Origin: a virus
Lineage: Duplodnaviria > Caudoviricetes
Reading direction: 5' to 3' (one strand)
IMG/VR virus record: IMGVR_UViG_3300028805_000046
Coordinates: 32,001 to 96,000 of that record
DNA length: 64,000 nucleotides
The translations under genes and the position numbers were made by a program. The notes below the pieces were generated by a model that saw nothing but the letters and a program-made list of their open reading frames with translations, did no database searches and was not told the origin of the DNA. Below are positions 1-10,165 of the stretch, piece by piece; within the stretch, counting starts at the first letter, position 1, and the number at the start of each line of letters is the position of its first letter.

Positions 1-285
1 AAGTATAGAGATTATTCTGGTGAATATGTCTTTGAACTTGAAAAGAAATATCCAGAATTTCTTCAGAACGCCTATGAATTTGTTTTCATCGATGACGCAG
101 AAAATCTTTTAGCACGTGAAGATGGACTGAGCCCGACACAAGGTCTTGAACAGAAGAAGTATGAATTGAGTTCATTCATTGATGCTTTTGTGAGAAGCAA
201 TGTTCATCATAAAGCACTTATTAGATTGTCTGCAATCGGCGATGCAGATGCAGTATGGAAACACATTAAGGAGATGATAGTATGA
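1..285 (+). CDS. 5'-truncated dNMP/thymidylate kinase-like protein (C-terminal part)
   Basis: Frame 1 is open from the window edge to TGA at 283-285 (KYRDYSGEYVFELEKKY...FIDDAENLLAREDG). The YRxYxGxYVFxLE segment resembles phage dNMP kinases found beside gp42-like genes. It overlaps the next ATG. Confidence 0.55.
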   Translation, partial: KYRDYSGEYVFELEKKYPEFLQNAYEFVFIDDAENLLAREDGLSPTQGLEQKKYELSSFIDAFVRSNVHHKALIRLSAIGDADAVWKHIKEMIV

Positions 286-1034
286 TTAAAGACTTTGAAA
301 TGAAAGAAGATTTGACAGTGCAGTCAAGAACAGGTCGTGGAAATAACACAACTATTAAAGATGATGCACTTATGCCGCTTGCATACAAGTATATGAATGG
401 CGAGAAAGTAGGTAATACTTGGGAGATCATTGATGCACATTTGACTCTCAATCCGTATCAGCCTTACTTGTCAATCTTTGGCCGACCGTTTAAAAAGGAC
501 TATCTTGAAAAGGAACACAAGTGGTACATGTCTCAAGATCTTTCTATCAAAGGATGGATGGACGACATCAAGATCTGGAACTGGTGTGCATCAAAAGATG
601 ACAAGCAGCTCATCAACTCAAATTATGGTTGGTGCGTCTTCAGTGCAGAAAATGGCAATCAGTATGAAAATTGCCTGAAGAAACTTACAGAAGATGTCAA
701 CACAAGAGAAGCGTTGATGATCTATACTCGTCCTTCAATGCATCACGATGCGATTGAAAATGGCAAGCATGATTTCATGTGTACTGTTTCCGCACAGTTG
801 ATGATTAGAGACAATACACTTCAGTACATTGTAACCCAAAGATCTTGCGACATCGTAACAGGTTTGTCATTTGACTTCCCTTGGCACTGTTTTGTCTATC
901 AGATGATGTATGAAGAACTTAAGAAGAAGTATCCGAACTTGGCAAAAGGCAGCATCTTCTATAATGTCGGTTCGCTTCACATTTATGAAAGACATGAAAA
1001 CCTTTTGAAATCATTCGTTGCTTACGAGATGTAA
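282..1034 (+). CDS. gp42: dCMP hydroxymethylase-like thymidylate-synthase-fold enzyme (T4 gp42 family)
   Basis: INSNYGW, MIYTRPSM, DFMCT (catalytic Cys), QRSCD, GLSFDFPW (Asp at the dCMP-specificity position) and GSLHIYERH closely follow T4 gp42 motifs. Confidence 0.9.
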   Translation: MIKDFEMKEDLTVQSRTGRGNNTTIKDDALMPLAYKYMNGEKVGNTWEIIDAHLTLNPYQPYLSIFGRPFKKDYLEKEHKWYMSQDLSIKGWMDDIKIWNWCASKDDKQLINSNYGWCVFSAENGNQYENCLKKLTEDVNTREALMIYTRPSMHHDAIENGKHDFMCTVSAQLMIRDNTLQYIVTQRSCDIVTGLSFDFPWHCFVYQMMYEELKKKYPNLAKGSIFYNVGSLHIYERHENLLKSFVAYEM

Positions 1035-1037
1035 TAA

Positions 1038-2399
1038 ATGAAATCAGCTGAATTTGAAAGAATTATCATCAAAGCACTTTATGTGAACGATAATGCTCGT
1101 TCAAAGATTCTTCCGTATCTCGACTTAAAGTGGTTCTTTGATGTTGATAACAAGATTATCATTAAAAGTATTCTTGACTTTACAGCTTCATTCAACACTA
1201 TGCCGTCTGTCATTGAGACAAAGAGAATGATCAAAGATGACCAGACGGAAGGTGTCTTTGATCTTATCATGGCTATCAAAGATGAAGAAGTACAGACCGA
1301 ATACATTCTAGACGAGATTGAAGAATTTGTCCGTCGTAAATTGATTTACCGTGCTTGTGAAAATGGCATGAAATATGTGACGACGGGTGAAAAGACTGCT
1401 GAGGCTATTTCAGACGAGATGGCAGAAGCAGAAGCGTTTTCTTTCAACGCAAATGTTGGATTTGATTTCTTTGCAGATCCTGACCGTTTGTATGAAGACG
1501 CTAACACGAAAGAAAAGCTCTGGAACACAGGAATTAAAGCAATTAACGATATTCTTGTTGGTGGACTTCATGAAAAGTCATTGAACTTGTTTATGGCGCC
1601 GACGAACATTGGTAAGACTTTGATTATGTGCTCGCTTGCGACTAACTTGATTTTGAATGGACACAATGTTCTTTACATAACATTTGAAGATCCTGAAAAC
1701 AAGATTGCTGCTCGTGTTGCTCAGAATATGTTCAACGTGACCCAGCAAGAATTTAAGTTGATGTCTCGTGATAACTTCAATAAGGCATTTGCCAATATCA
1801 TGAGCAAGACTTCTGGAAGATTCCTCATCAAGGAAATGCCAGAATATACAGTCAACGCACTTCAACTTAACGCATTCTTGAAAGAGCTTAAAGAAAAGAA
1901 GGGCTTCATTCCTGATGTAGTTTTCATTGACTATATTGGGTGTATGATTCCGAACGGCCGTCCGAACGCAAACTTGAACACTAACACTACTTTGCAGCTC
2001 ATCGCTGCTCAGACTCGTGCTCTTGCTCAGGTTCATGGCTTCCCGATTGTCAGCGGTTTGCAGACTAACCGTGGAGGTAACGGAATTGCAGAACTTTCAT
2101 TGTCTGATGTATCTGACTCTTATTCATCAACTATGAAGGCAGACTCGATTTTCGGTGTTACTCAGCCTGATGATATGCAGCAACAGAACTGCTATTGCAT
2201 GAAGTTGTTGAAGACTCGTTATGGCGGTAAGAACCGTGGCGCTACATTCCTTGTCGGCGTGGACACTGAAAGACAGAGAATTTACGATGTCTCTCAGGAT
2301 AAAGTAAAGAATGATACTGTAAGCCTCTTTGACACTGAAAAGATTTCGCACAGCGATGGTCATGTTGACCTAGAGGCGCAAGATATTGATTATCTTTAA
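1038..2399 (+). CDS. gp41: Replicative DnaB-like helicase (T4 gp41 family)
   Basis: Walker A APTNIGKT, VLYITFE, FIDYIG, QTNRGG, LKTRYG. Confidence 0.92.
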   Translation: MKSAEFERIIIKALYVNDNARSKILPYLDLKWFFDVDNKIIIKSILDFTASFNTMPSVIETKRMIKDDQTEGVFDLIMAIKDEEVQTEYILDEIEEFVRRKLIYRACENGMKYVTTGEKTAEAISDEMAEAEAFSFNANVGFDFFADPDRLYEDANTKEKLWNTGIKAINDILVGGLHEKSLNLFMAPTNIGKTLIMCSLATNLILNGHNVLYITFEDPENKIAARVAQNMFNVTQQEFKLMSRDNFNKAFANIMSKTSGRFLIKEMPEYTVNALQLNAFLKELKEKKGFIPDVVFIDYIGCMIPNGRPNANLNTNTTLQLIAAQTRALAQVHGFPIVSGLQTNRGGNGIAELSLSDVSDSYSSTMKADSIFGVTQPDDMQQQNCYCMKLLKTRYGGKNRGATFLVGVDTERQRIYDVSQDKVKNDTVSLFDTEKISHSDGHVDLEAQDIDYL

Positions 2400-2411
2400 G
2401 GAGAACTAAAA

Positions 2412-2825
2412 ATGGACTATTTCAATTCTTTGCTGTCTGACTGGGAAGACGGTCAGGCGCTTGAAAGAAAACAGAATCGTGCTACATTCTACAAGTTCAT
2501 GAAAGAACGTGGCTTTGATTTTGAAGACATCGATGAATACACAAGATTGCCCAAGTCAATCGTTCCAGTAACGGAAGGCGATGCGGACGATCTTCATAAA
2601 TTCAATGCAGCGATTGCAGACTTACATAAAAAGAAGCTCGTCAACATCGCTGACTCATTGACTTATCTTACAGGAGATTATTTTGATGAAAAGTCAATGT
2701 TGAAGTATCTCGATGAACTTAACTTTTACTCTCTTAAACAGGAATTGCTTAAACGCCATCACCTGAAGAAAGAGGAAAATGAATCTACTTTGATGGACTT
2801 TTTTGAAAATGCTGACGACGAGTAA
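2412..2825 (+). CDS. Putative late-transcription coactivator (gp33-like)
   Basis: Occupies the gene 33 position of the T4 33-59-32 order; small acidic helical protein with a clamp-binding-like C-terminal TLMDFF. Positional inference. Confidence 0.45.
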   Translation: MDYFNSLLSDWEDGQALERKQNRATFYKFMKERGFDFEDIDEYTRLPKSIVPVTEGDADDLHKFNAAIADLHKKKLVNIADSLTYLTGDYFDEKSMLKYLDELNFYSLKQELLKRHHLKKEENESTLMDFFENADDE

Positions 2826-3450
2826 AGAACTTTATCATTTCTGGACCCTCTTTTCTAAGCTTCTTAGCAAGAAGGAGGACCCAGAGCCCATCGTTAGAAA
2901 ATTCATGAAGAAATCTTTTGAGGAAATCTTGAAAGAAGATTTTTATGAAACACCTAACATGGCTAAAGGTTACATCGCTTTTGTGGATCTTGCAAATGCG
3001 ATAAGTATGAAACAGTTTGACTTTACAGATTGGATTTACATCTGTGTGGGTGATTTTTTGAGAGATGGAAGCGTTAAGAAAAAAAACATAACTAATCCCT
3101 CTTATGTCAAAAAATTTATTAAATTTTACTCTGTAAACGGAAAAACTGAACAACTTGAAGTAATAAATAAATTGCGAATGGAATCGGAAAAACAGATTGA
3201 AGACAATCCGTTTGCCGCTTTCACTGGCAACCAATTTGACCTATATAAAGTCAATGAAAAGCAAAAGAACAAGCTTTATGAATTGATTAGAAATGGGACT
3301 TTAAGTTTTTGGTTTTGGTTTGATGGAATAGACAATCACAAGTTTGACATCGACGAAACCAAAATTGATGATCCAGATTATTTTCGTTTCTTAAGGCTTA
3401 TGCGAATAATAAGACAAGTCAATAAAAAGGCGAACATTAAGGAGAAATAA
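2809..3450 (+). CDS. Putative helicase loader (gp59-like)
   Basis: About 213 aa, Lys/aromatic-rich, directly upstream of gp32 as in T4. Based on position and size only. Confidence 0.45.
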   Translation: MLTTSKELYHFWTLFSKLLSKKEDPEPIVRKFMKKSFEEILKEDFYETPNMAKGYIAFVDLANAISMKQFDFTDWIYICVGDFLRDGSVKKKNITNPSYVKKFIKFYSVNGKTEQLEVINKLRMESEKQIEDNPFAAFTGNQFDLYKVNEKQKNKLYELIRNGTLSFWFWFDGIDNHKFDIDETKIDDPDYFRFLRLMRIIRQVNKKANIKEK

Positions 3451-3452
3451 TT

Positions 3453-4466
3453 ATGCCACAGAAAAGAGACCTAAATTCCTACTTTGCAGACATCAACGCA
3501 GCAGTCGCAGATCAAGAAAAGAAGCCACAGAAGAAGCTTAAATCTTGGAAGATTGAAAACGTCTTCACTCCGACTTATAAGGACAACAAGTTCAGCGTTG
3601 TTATCAGATTCCTTCCTTCACATCCTGACGAAGTAAAACCATTCGTTGAAAACCGCAAGCACTCTATCAAGTTGCCAAATGATAAGTGGTTCATTACTGA
3701 ATGCTTGACCAAGTTTGGCAAGCCTTGCCCAATCTGCCAACATAACCGTGAACTCTACAAGAAGCTCCCTAAGGAAGAAGCATCTAAGCTTTCTTTGGGT
3801 AAGGGTAAGAGCCGTTACATCTGTAACATTCTTGTTGTTCGTAACGCAAACAATGCCGATACAGAAGGTAAGGTATTCCGCTTCGAGTTCGGTCCGCAGA
3901 TCATGAAGATGATCTCGTTGGCAACCAAGAGCCGTGAAGATGAACTTCAGGGAAAGATTGATGGATTCAACCCATTTGACTGGTATGAAGGTGCAGACTT
4001 TGTTTACACCGGCGTCATGGGATCCAATGGTCCTAAGCTTGATGATTCCCACTTCGGTCAGCCAGGTCCGATTGACCGTTATGATCCGAAGACCAAGAAG
4101 TTCGTTCCACTTACTCCGGCTGAAGTAGACGCTATTGAAGCACAGCTTTATCGCCTTGATGAATGCTACAACAAGGAAGATGAAGTCATGGACTTCAACA
4201 AGATCTGCGAAAAGTGGAAGGAAAAGACCGGCGAAGATCTTCTTTCTGGAGAAGCAACCGCCGCAGGTACCGCAGGCGTTTCGCTTGCATCAACAAATCC
4301 GTTCTCTGAGAGCGCAAAACCGGCAGCTCCGGCACCAGCATCAAATGATGACTTCAACTTTGATGAACCTGCGCCTACTACCAAGAAGAACATCAATGTA
4401 AATTCAGTTCCAGAAATTTCTGACGATGCTTTCTTTGCAGAAGCAGATGAAGCCTTCAAGGACTAA
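3453..4466 (+). CDS. gp32: Single-stranded DNA-binding protein (T4 gp32 family)
   Basis: VIRFLP, zinc ligands H..ECL..CPIC, YICNILVV, GKVFRFEFG, NPFD..EGADF and an acidic C-terminal tail. Confidence 0.93.
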   Translation: MPQKRDLNSYFADINAAVADQEKKPQKKLKSWKIENVFTPTYKDNKFSVVIRFLPSHPDEVKPFVENRKHSIKLPNDKWFITECLTKFGKPCPICQHNRELYKKLPKEEASKLSLGKGKSRYICNILVVRNANNADTEGKVFRFEFGPQIMKMISLATKSREDELQGKIDGFNPFDWYEGADFVYTGVMGSNGPKLDDSHFGQPGPIDRYDPKTKKFVPLTPAEVDAIEAQLYRLDECYNKEDEVMDFNKICEKWKEKTGEDLLSGEATAAGTAGVSLASTNPFSESAKPAAPAPASNDDFNFDEPAPTTKKNINVNSVPEISDDAFFAEADEAFKD

Positions 4467-4487
4467 TCAACGTTAGAAAGATTTTTC

Positions 4488-4517
4488 ATGGGAGCCTTCA
4501 TCGGGCTCCCATTTTTT
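4488..4517 (+). terminator. Intrinsic terminator after gp32
   Basis: ATGGGAGCC-loop-GGCTCCCAT followed by a T run. Confidence 0.8.
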
Positions 4518-4544
4518 ATTATTTTTTGTCTAAAGGAGTAAATC

Positions 4545-5471
4545 ATGGCAGACTTTTATGACGAGAATTTAAGAGTGTTGAATTTCACTCACATTGACTT
4601 TGATGGCGTCGTTTCTGGCATCGTTATTAAGAATTATTTTAAAAATGTAATTACTGAACAAGTCAATTACGGAAATGAACAGCAAATCATCGCAAAGGTG
4701 AATAAGTACAAAGGCAAATTTGATGCAATTATCTTCACTGACTTCTGTCCAACTGAAGGAGGTCCGGGAATATTGAAGAATGCGATTGAAGAAATCAAAG
4801 TAGTTGCTGAAGTACCTATTCTGGTTCTTGACCATCACGAATCCGCTTTAAAGTATAATGACCCGCCTAATAACATCTACATCAACTTGAAGTATTCAGG
4901 CTGTATGCTTGCTTACAAGTACTTCTCTGTGAAGAAAGATCTTTCACATTTGCAGGAACTTGTAAGTATCGCTAATGATTATGACCTCTTCACTTTGCAG
5001 GACAAGCGCTCAATGCTCTTCAATGCTTTGATGTGGCAGATGGGTTTCAACTGGTTCTTCGCAAGATTCAAGCATGGAAAGATTGCTTTGTATGATGAAG
5101 AGAAAGAGTGGCTTAAGGAATACATTCAGGAAGTAAAGAAGCAGTACGATGAACTTCCAATTAGCGACCTTGCTCATAATGGTTGCTTCTATGAATGTGA
5201 GAAATACTTGGCAGAAATGTCAGTCAGACTTTCAAAAGAAGGCTATAAGTATCAGGTCATTAAGCACGGAAATTCATTGTCTATCCGTTCAAATACAGAT
5301 GACATCAACCTCGTTGAAGTCTGCAAGTTCATTGGACGTGGTGGCGGACATCGTAGAGCTGCAGGTATTCCGATCTTCTATGGTGAAGACATTAAGCAAC
5401 TTGTTGAAAAGGTGACATTTGCTGTTGAGCATGTGCTCAACTATGGTGGCAATAAAGAACTTCCATTCTAA
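4545..5471 (+). CDS. DHH/DHHA1 phosphoesterase
   Basis: THIDFDG, FTDF, LDHH and GGGHRRAAG motifs. Confidence 0.9.
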   Translation: MADFYDENLRVLNFTHIDFDGVVSGIVIKNYFKNVITEQVNYGNEQQIIAKVNKYKGKFDAIIFTDFCPTEGGPGILKNAIEEIKVVAEVPILVLDHHESALKYNDPPNNIYINLKYSGCMLAYKYFSVKKDLSHLQELVSIANDYDLFTLQDKRSMLFNALMWQMGFNWFFARFKHGKIALYDEEKEWLKEYIQEVKKQYDELPISDLAHNGCFYECEKYLAEMSVRLSKEGYKYQVIKHGNSLSIRSNTDDINLVEVCKFIGRGGGHRRAAGIPIFYGEDIKQLVEKVTFAVEHVLNYGGNKELPF

Positions 5472-5484
5472 CTAAGGAGAAACT

Positions 5485-6045
5485 ATGTTTTCAGAAAAAT
5501 CACTAACTAAAGAAAATCTTATCGCTTTCTTGAAAGAGAAAGGACTCTATGAAGAGTGCGGCGAATGGTGCCAGCCAAGATTTGTCCAGCAGGAAAAAGA
5601 CAAGGCTGCTAAGAAGGCCGCTGAACCTGTCTGGAAAAGAAACTTCCGTTGGGAAGGACATCACACCCGCTGCTGTTATGAATGCAGTGGCGAACGTTTT
5701 GATGACTCTGACTATTGGGGACATTTCGTCACTAACATGGAACTTCTTCCGTTTGACTTCTATGACCCAAGCGAAGATGGACCTGCTGATAATGATGAAA
5801 ATTTTGTTCTTTTGAAGGAATGTCCGACCTTTAACAAACTTTGTGAAAAGATGCTGAAGTTCGTTGATGGCGAACTTGATGAAGACGTAGATCGTTGCTA
5901 TGACTTTGACAAGTTTGGATTTGACAATCCGCCTTCAAATGACCAGCTTATTGAATGGCTCGGCAATCTTGTAATCAGCAAGAAGGACGCTGAAGATCCT
6001 GCAAGCGAAACTTGGGAAGACTGCTTCGTTGGACCTTCTTTCTAA
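5485..6045 (+). CDS. Hypothetical acidic protein
   Basis: ORF with AAGGAG RBS. Confidence 0.7.
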   Translation: MFSEKSLTKENLIAFLKEKGLYEECGEWCQPRFVQQEKDKAAKKAAEPVWKRNFRWEGHHTRCCYECSGERFDDSDYWGHFVTNMELLPFDFYDPSEDGPADNDENFVLLKECPTFNKLCEKMLKFVDGELDEDVDRCYDFDKFGFDNPPSNDQLIEWLGNLVISKKDAEDPASETWEDCFVGPSF

Positions 6046-6068
6046 CATAAATCGTTTAGAAAAAATTT

Positions 6069-6110
6069 GTTGACTGACCAATTTACAAAGTCAGTCAACT
6101 TTTTTATATT
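6069..6110 (+). promoter_or_regulatory. Terminator hairpin overlapping a sigma70-type promoter
   Basis: GTTGACTGAC/GTCAGTCAAC stem; TTTACA (6082-6087) in the loop, 17-bp spacer, TATATT (6105-6110). Confidence 0.75.
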
Positions 6111-6148
6111 TTGACTATAATCGTTTTAACTTTAACAAAGGAATCCAA

Positions 6149-7414
6149 ATGGCACAAGATCAATGCCTTTACACTTTTGATGGAAGCAAGCTCGGTATCG
6201 TTCCTAGCTCAACTACAATTTCTAAAGAAGTTCCGCCGGGAACTTATACTTTCTGCTATGACCAGCGAATTGGTCTTTGGGTAGAAAAGTGCTCCGATGT
6301 ACCTGATGTTCCTGTCCGCGTCTACGGCAGCGCATCTAGCAGACTTGCAAAGGTCTATCGTGCTTTTGACAGACGTCCTCGTAACACAGGCGTTCTTCTT
6401 TCTGGTGAAGCAGGTATGGGTAAGTCTTTGTTTATCCGTATGATGGCAGCGGAAGCAAAGCGCCGTAACATGCCAATCTTTATCATCAACGCTGACCTTC
6501 CGGGCATCGTTCAGTGGTTGAAGAAATGCTCTTCGCATGCGCTTGTCATTCTTGACGAATTTGAAAAGGTCTTCCGTAAGGATGTTCCGGGTCAAGATGA
6601 AGTTCCTAACCAAGACAAGTTCCTTTCATTGCTTGACGGTATGGACGATGGCAAGAAACTTTATGTCGCTGCCATCAATGAAACTTACAATCTTAACAAG
6701 TACATGATTAACCGTCCTGGCCGTTTCTTGTATCACTTCACATTCGGATTCCTTTCTCAGCGTGAAATCGTCGAGTACATGGAAGACAAGCTCGTTGATA
6801 AGTCTCAGCTCGGATTCTTGTCTACTGCTCTTCTTGGACATCGCATCAACTATGACGCATTGTCTTGCATCATTGATGAAGTGAATGCTGGCGAAGATCC
6901 AAAGGAAACTTTGCAGGATGTCAACCTTGACCGTGAAGACGCTGCTAAGCAAGATGTCACCATTGAACTTAACGGCATTAAGTTCGTCTGGAAGAACTGG
7001 AAACCGCACTTCGGTCAGCTCACTCAGGCAGCAACTCTTGATGCACATGACTTTACTGGCAACACTATTGCCCGTGTCTGTGCTACTTGGGACATTCGTG
7101 ATATGATTGCTACTGGTTCTTCCAAGTACACAACCAAGCTCACTGTTCCGGGAGACAAGTTGTCGTTCTCGACTGACGGACATGCTAACTGCTTCCGTGA
7201 CTGGACTGCAGAAAGCGTCAAGACTGCATTTAAGGAAATCACTGACAGATCTGATCTTGTCATTGAGCCTCACTACGAGTACTCTGGATACGGATACGTC
7301 GGCATGGACGGCGATGCAAGAATGAAGCCAGCGGCTGCATACCGCAATGAACGCGTGCAGCGAGAAGCTCGTCCGCTTCCTGGCTTCACATTAGCGGAAG
7401 GCAGTAACGCCTAA
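6149..7414 (+). CDS. AAA+ ATPase
   Basis: GEAGMGKS Walker A, ILDEFEK Walker B, NRPGRF arginine finger. Confidence 0.9.
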   Translation: MAQDQCLYTFDGSKLGIVPSSTTISKEVPPGTYTFCYDQRIGLWVEKCSDVPDVPVRVYGSASSRLAKVYRAFDRRPRNTGVLLSGEAGMGKSLFIRMMAAEAKRRNMPIFIINADLPGIVQWLKKCSSHALVILDEFEKVFRKDVPGQDEVPNQDKFLSLLDGMDDGKKLYVAAINETYNLNKYMINRPGRFLYHFTFGFLSQREIVEYMEDKLVDKSQLGFLSTALLGHRINYDALSCIIDEVNAGEDPKETLQDVNLDREDAAKQDVTIELNGIKFVWKNWKPHFGQLTQAATLDAHDFTGNTIARVCATWDIRDMIATGSSKYTTKLTVPGDKLSFSTDGHANCFRDWTAESVKTAFKEITDRSDLVIEPHYEYSGYGYVGMDGDARMKPAAAYRNERVQREARPLPGFTLAEGSNA

Positions 7415-7434
7415 CTAAAAGAAAATATTTTCTG

Positions 7435-7470
7435 CCTGCACCTTCAAAAGTGCAGGTTTTTTGTTATTTT
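7435..7470 (+). terminator. Terminator plus extended -10 promoter (leaderless start at 7477)
   Basis: CCTGCAC/GTGCAGG stem, T run, TGTTATTTT, then 6 nt to ATG. Confidence 0.7.
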
Positions 7471-7476
7471 TGAACT

Positions 7477-8334
7477 ATGTATTTAGCGACTATCAATAAC
7501 CAATTTGACAATAAGATAAGAGGTCTTACTGTAGATAAGAATGTCTGGGGAAAAGTTCTTCAGATAGTGCGAGAGCCTCTTATTGTGCCGGATAAAGCCA
7601 AGATTCCTCAGTGGAAATTTTGTACCATCAAAGGAGAACAAAGATGCACTGAGAACATTGGAAGCACTAATCTGCTTATTCTTGATTTTGACGATTGTTC
7701 ATATTCGTTTAAAGAATTTGAAAGTCAGTTCAGAGAGTACAAGTACATTCTTCACACATCTTGGTCTTATGATGGCAAAAACAGTAAGTTTCGTGTTCTT
7801 CTGTTCTTAGACAAAGAATATGAAATCTCGCGCTTATTCTTCAAATGTCACGATAAGTCTTTCAGTCCATATCATTACATGCTTAACGCATTTCCACATA
7901 TTGACCCGGCTTCTTTTGTTAAAGCTCAGTTCTTTAAGATGCCGGCAATAAAAGCGCCTGGAGTTCCTTATTACTTCTCTATTCACAATGGCAGACCTTG
8001 GTCGCCGATGGAGATTGAAGGATTCAGTTTCGCTTATGCAATGTGTGAAATGAAGCAAGAAGAGTACATTAAGAAACTTGAACAGGAAAACGCAAAGAGA
8101 AGACAGCGTCAACCTAATCAAGACATGACTAAGGCGATTGAATTTGCGACAAGAAAGATGAATGAAACTCCAGCGGGTCTTAGACATAACGCTGTCTTTG
8201 GACTTGCAAGCTGGTTCGCTGGCATTGGAGGAACTTATTCGGAATTTGCTCAGATTAGACCTAACTGGGCTGATAAGCAATATGACAAACAGATTAAAAG
8301 GCTTGCTACCGAATGGTGCAAGATAGGTAAGTAA
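7477..8334 (+). CDS. Primase-polymerase (AEP)-like protein with PriCT-like C-terminus
   Basis: LILDFDD, LHTSWS, KFRVLL; C-terminal GLRHNAVFGLASWF. Confidence 0.65.
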   Translation: MYLATINNQFDNKIRGLTVDKNVWGKVLQIVREPLIVPDKAKIPQWKFCTIKGEQRCTENIGSTNLLILDFDDCSYSFKEFESQFREYKYILHTSWSYDGKNSKFRVLLFLDKEYEISRLFFKCHDKSFSPYHYMLNAFPHIDPASFVKAQFFKMPAIKAPGVPYYFSIHNGRPWSPMEIEGFSFAYAMCEMKQEEYIKKLEQENAKRRQRQPNQDMTKAIEFATRKMNETPAGLRHNAVFGLASWFAGIGGTYSEFAQIRPNWADKQYDKQIKRLATEWCKIGK

Positions 8335-8335
8335 A

Positions 8336-8539
8336 ATGCACGATTTCGTATTGAAAGCATGTAATGTATTTGAGAAGATACTTTATGGGTGTGCGGCTGC
8401 AACTGTCCTTCTTTGGGCACTTGGAGCACTGACGCCTTTCATGATTGCGTTCAATGTATGTTTCATAGCTATAGATGTCATTGGCATTTGGGTTATCAGA
8501 AAACTGGTAAAGGTCTGTAAGGAGAACGGAATTGAGTGA
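8336..8539 (+). CDS. Small membrane protein
   Basis: Two hydrophobic segments. Confidence 0.6.
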   Translation: MHDFVLKACNVFEKILYGCAAATVLLWALGALTPFMIAFNVCFIAIDVIGIWVIRKLVKVCKENGIE

Positions 8540-8726
8540 ACTGATAATTTGTTTGCTAATCATTTGTGGAACCATCATCGCAGTCACCCGCTTCAATCAT
8601 AGCTGTAAGCATGAATGGGAAGTAGTTGAATCTGGCAATCTGCTTAATGACGATAATGAAAAGATTGGTCGTGTCGTTTTTCTTCGCTGTAAGCATTGCG
8701 GCGAATACAAGAGGAAGGATCTGTAA
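8532..8726 (+). CDS. Small protein with an N-terminal TM segment and CxH..CxxC zinc ribbon
   Basis: CKHEW...CKHCG. Confidence 0.6.
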   Translation: MSELIICLLIICGTIIAVTRFNHSCKHEWEVVESGNLLNDDNEKIGRVVFLRCKHCGEYKRKDL

Positions 8727-9328
8727 TGGACATTAAGTACGTTTCACTTATTACTACGCCAAAGAACATACTTGAAATTAAAGTCTTTGACGATTATAAA
8801 GAATCAGATAAGAACATCGCCAACTTCGCGTCTAAACAGCTTGGAAAGAAGTTGAACGCCCTGCTTCCAGTTATGGACAAGTACACAGGTTCTTTCTTTG
8901 ACAGCTATGAATGGGACAATCCTAATCCAGACATTGAAGATCCGATGACTGATGGCATTGACATCTGTAACAGAGTTCACGGTGAAACATTGCTGACTAC
9001 TGACAGATACATTATCTTCAGAGTTGGTCAAGCAAATGCTGGTGAAGTGATGGTTGTGCCTGAAGGCGTTGCTGGAGATCTTGAACATGCTAAACGTATC
9101 TTGACAGCAAAGTACATCCAGCTTGTCGTTGACTTTAAGATAATGGCTGAAAAGTTCCCTAAGATTGGTTGGAACTCAGAAGTCCGTTCTAAAGATGATA
9201 CTTTCCAGCTTGCTATGATGAACACCGCTGACAAGTATGATGGGTATTATGCCAGAATCTTATGTTATGATACAGTTAAAGAACAATTCGTAAATTTTAA
9301 GGAGAAAATCAAATGGGAGACAATTTAG
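8726..9328 (+). CDS. Hypothetical protein
   Basis: Translationally coupled ORF (TAATG). Confidence 0.65.
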   Translation: MDIKYVSLITTPKNILEIKVFDDYKESDKNIANFASKQLGKKLNALLPVMDKYTGSFFDSYEWDNPNPDIEDPMTDGIDICNRVHGETLLTTDRYIIFRVGQANAGEVMVVPEGVAGDLEHAKRILTAKYIQLVVDFKIMAEKFPKIGWNSEVRSKDDTFQLAMMNTADKYDGYYARILCYDTVKEQFVNFKEKIKWETI

Positions 9329-9840
9329 CACTCGCAAAAGCGATTGACAGATACTTTAAGAAGAATAGTCAACGAGACATTCTTAAGCATCTTTATGATG
9401 ACGACATCAATGTCTATAAGTCTTTTGACCCGACTATCTGGGAAGAAGTCATTGACAAACAGATTGAGCTTGACAGCGAAAATCTTGCATACTGTGGTGA
9501 TGACACGCCACAGGCAAGATTCAAGAATATCTTTGATGTCTTCCGTGGTTCGCTTGAAGAAGAATTTCCGTTGACTCCAGTCGAGAACACTATGTTCCCA
9601 ACACTTTTCAGAGTTCTTGAACATAATGGCAAACGAATCATCATCACCATGATGATTGGGCAAGGCTGTGTGATGGACACTTGCACTGAAGAAGGCTTTG
9701 CTGGATGGATGTCAAGAAATGGCGGAACGTACAAGATTGACAAGGTCTTTACTATTGAAGACTTCAAAAAAGCAGTTGACAATACTCGCACAAAACTTGA
9801 AGAAATGATTGAAAACGCAGACACTAAAAAGGAGGCTTAA
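9313..9840 (+). CDS. Hypothetical protein
   Basis: ORF with AAGGAG RBS. Confidence 0.7.
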   Translation: MGDNLALAKAIDRYFKKNSQRDILKHLYDDDINVYKSFDPTIWEEVIDKQIELDSENLAYCGDDTPQARFKNIFDVFRGSLEEEFPLTPVENTMFPTLFRVLEHNGKRIIITMMIGQGCVMDTCTEEGFAGWMSRNGGTYKIDKVFTIEDFKKAVDNTRTKLEEMIENADTKKEA

Positions 9841-9841
9841 G

Positions 9842-10165
9842 ATGGGTGACGAAACAAAGTTCTTTCTTGTTGACACAACAGTCAACTGGGCAGATGAAAT
9901 GGATGTATGTGGTTACGCAATTTACAACGGCGCTGAACTCAAGAAAATGATAGATTATGTTTCTGAGCAAGATGATGACTGGACATACTCTGTATGTCTT
10001 GGCACCAATGAAGACACAGAACTTTCTAAGGAAGATGTTCTTGAAATGCTTAACAGCGCAGATGAAATCACTGCTGAACAAGTTATGTTCCTTAAAGACA
10101 AGCTTTGGCAATGCGAAGAAGACATCTTTGAATATCTTTATGATAATGAGGAAAACGAAGAATGA
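9842..10165 (+). CDS. Hypothetical acidic protein (NWADEMD family, paralog of 51244)
   Basis: VDTTVNWADEMDV..LGTNEDTEL shared with the 51244 ORF. Confidence 0.7.
   Translation: MGDETKFFLVDTTVNWADEMDVCGYAIYNGAELKKMIDYVSEQDDDWTYSVCLGTNEDTELSKEDVLEMLNSADEITAEQVMFLKDKLWQCEEDIFEYLYDNEENEE

Noticed and set aside
282-1034. Ordinary thymidylate synthase (ThyA)
   Set aside because: It has DFMCT rather than LxPCH and Asp rather than Asn at the specificity position, so it matches the gp42 type.
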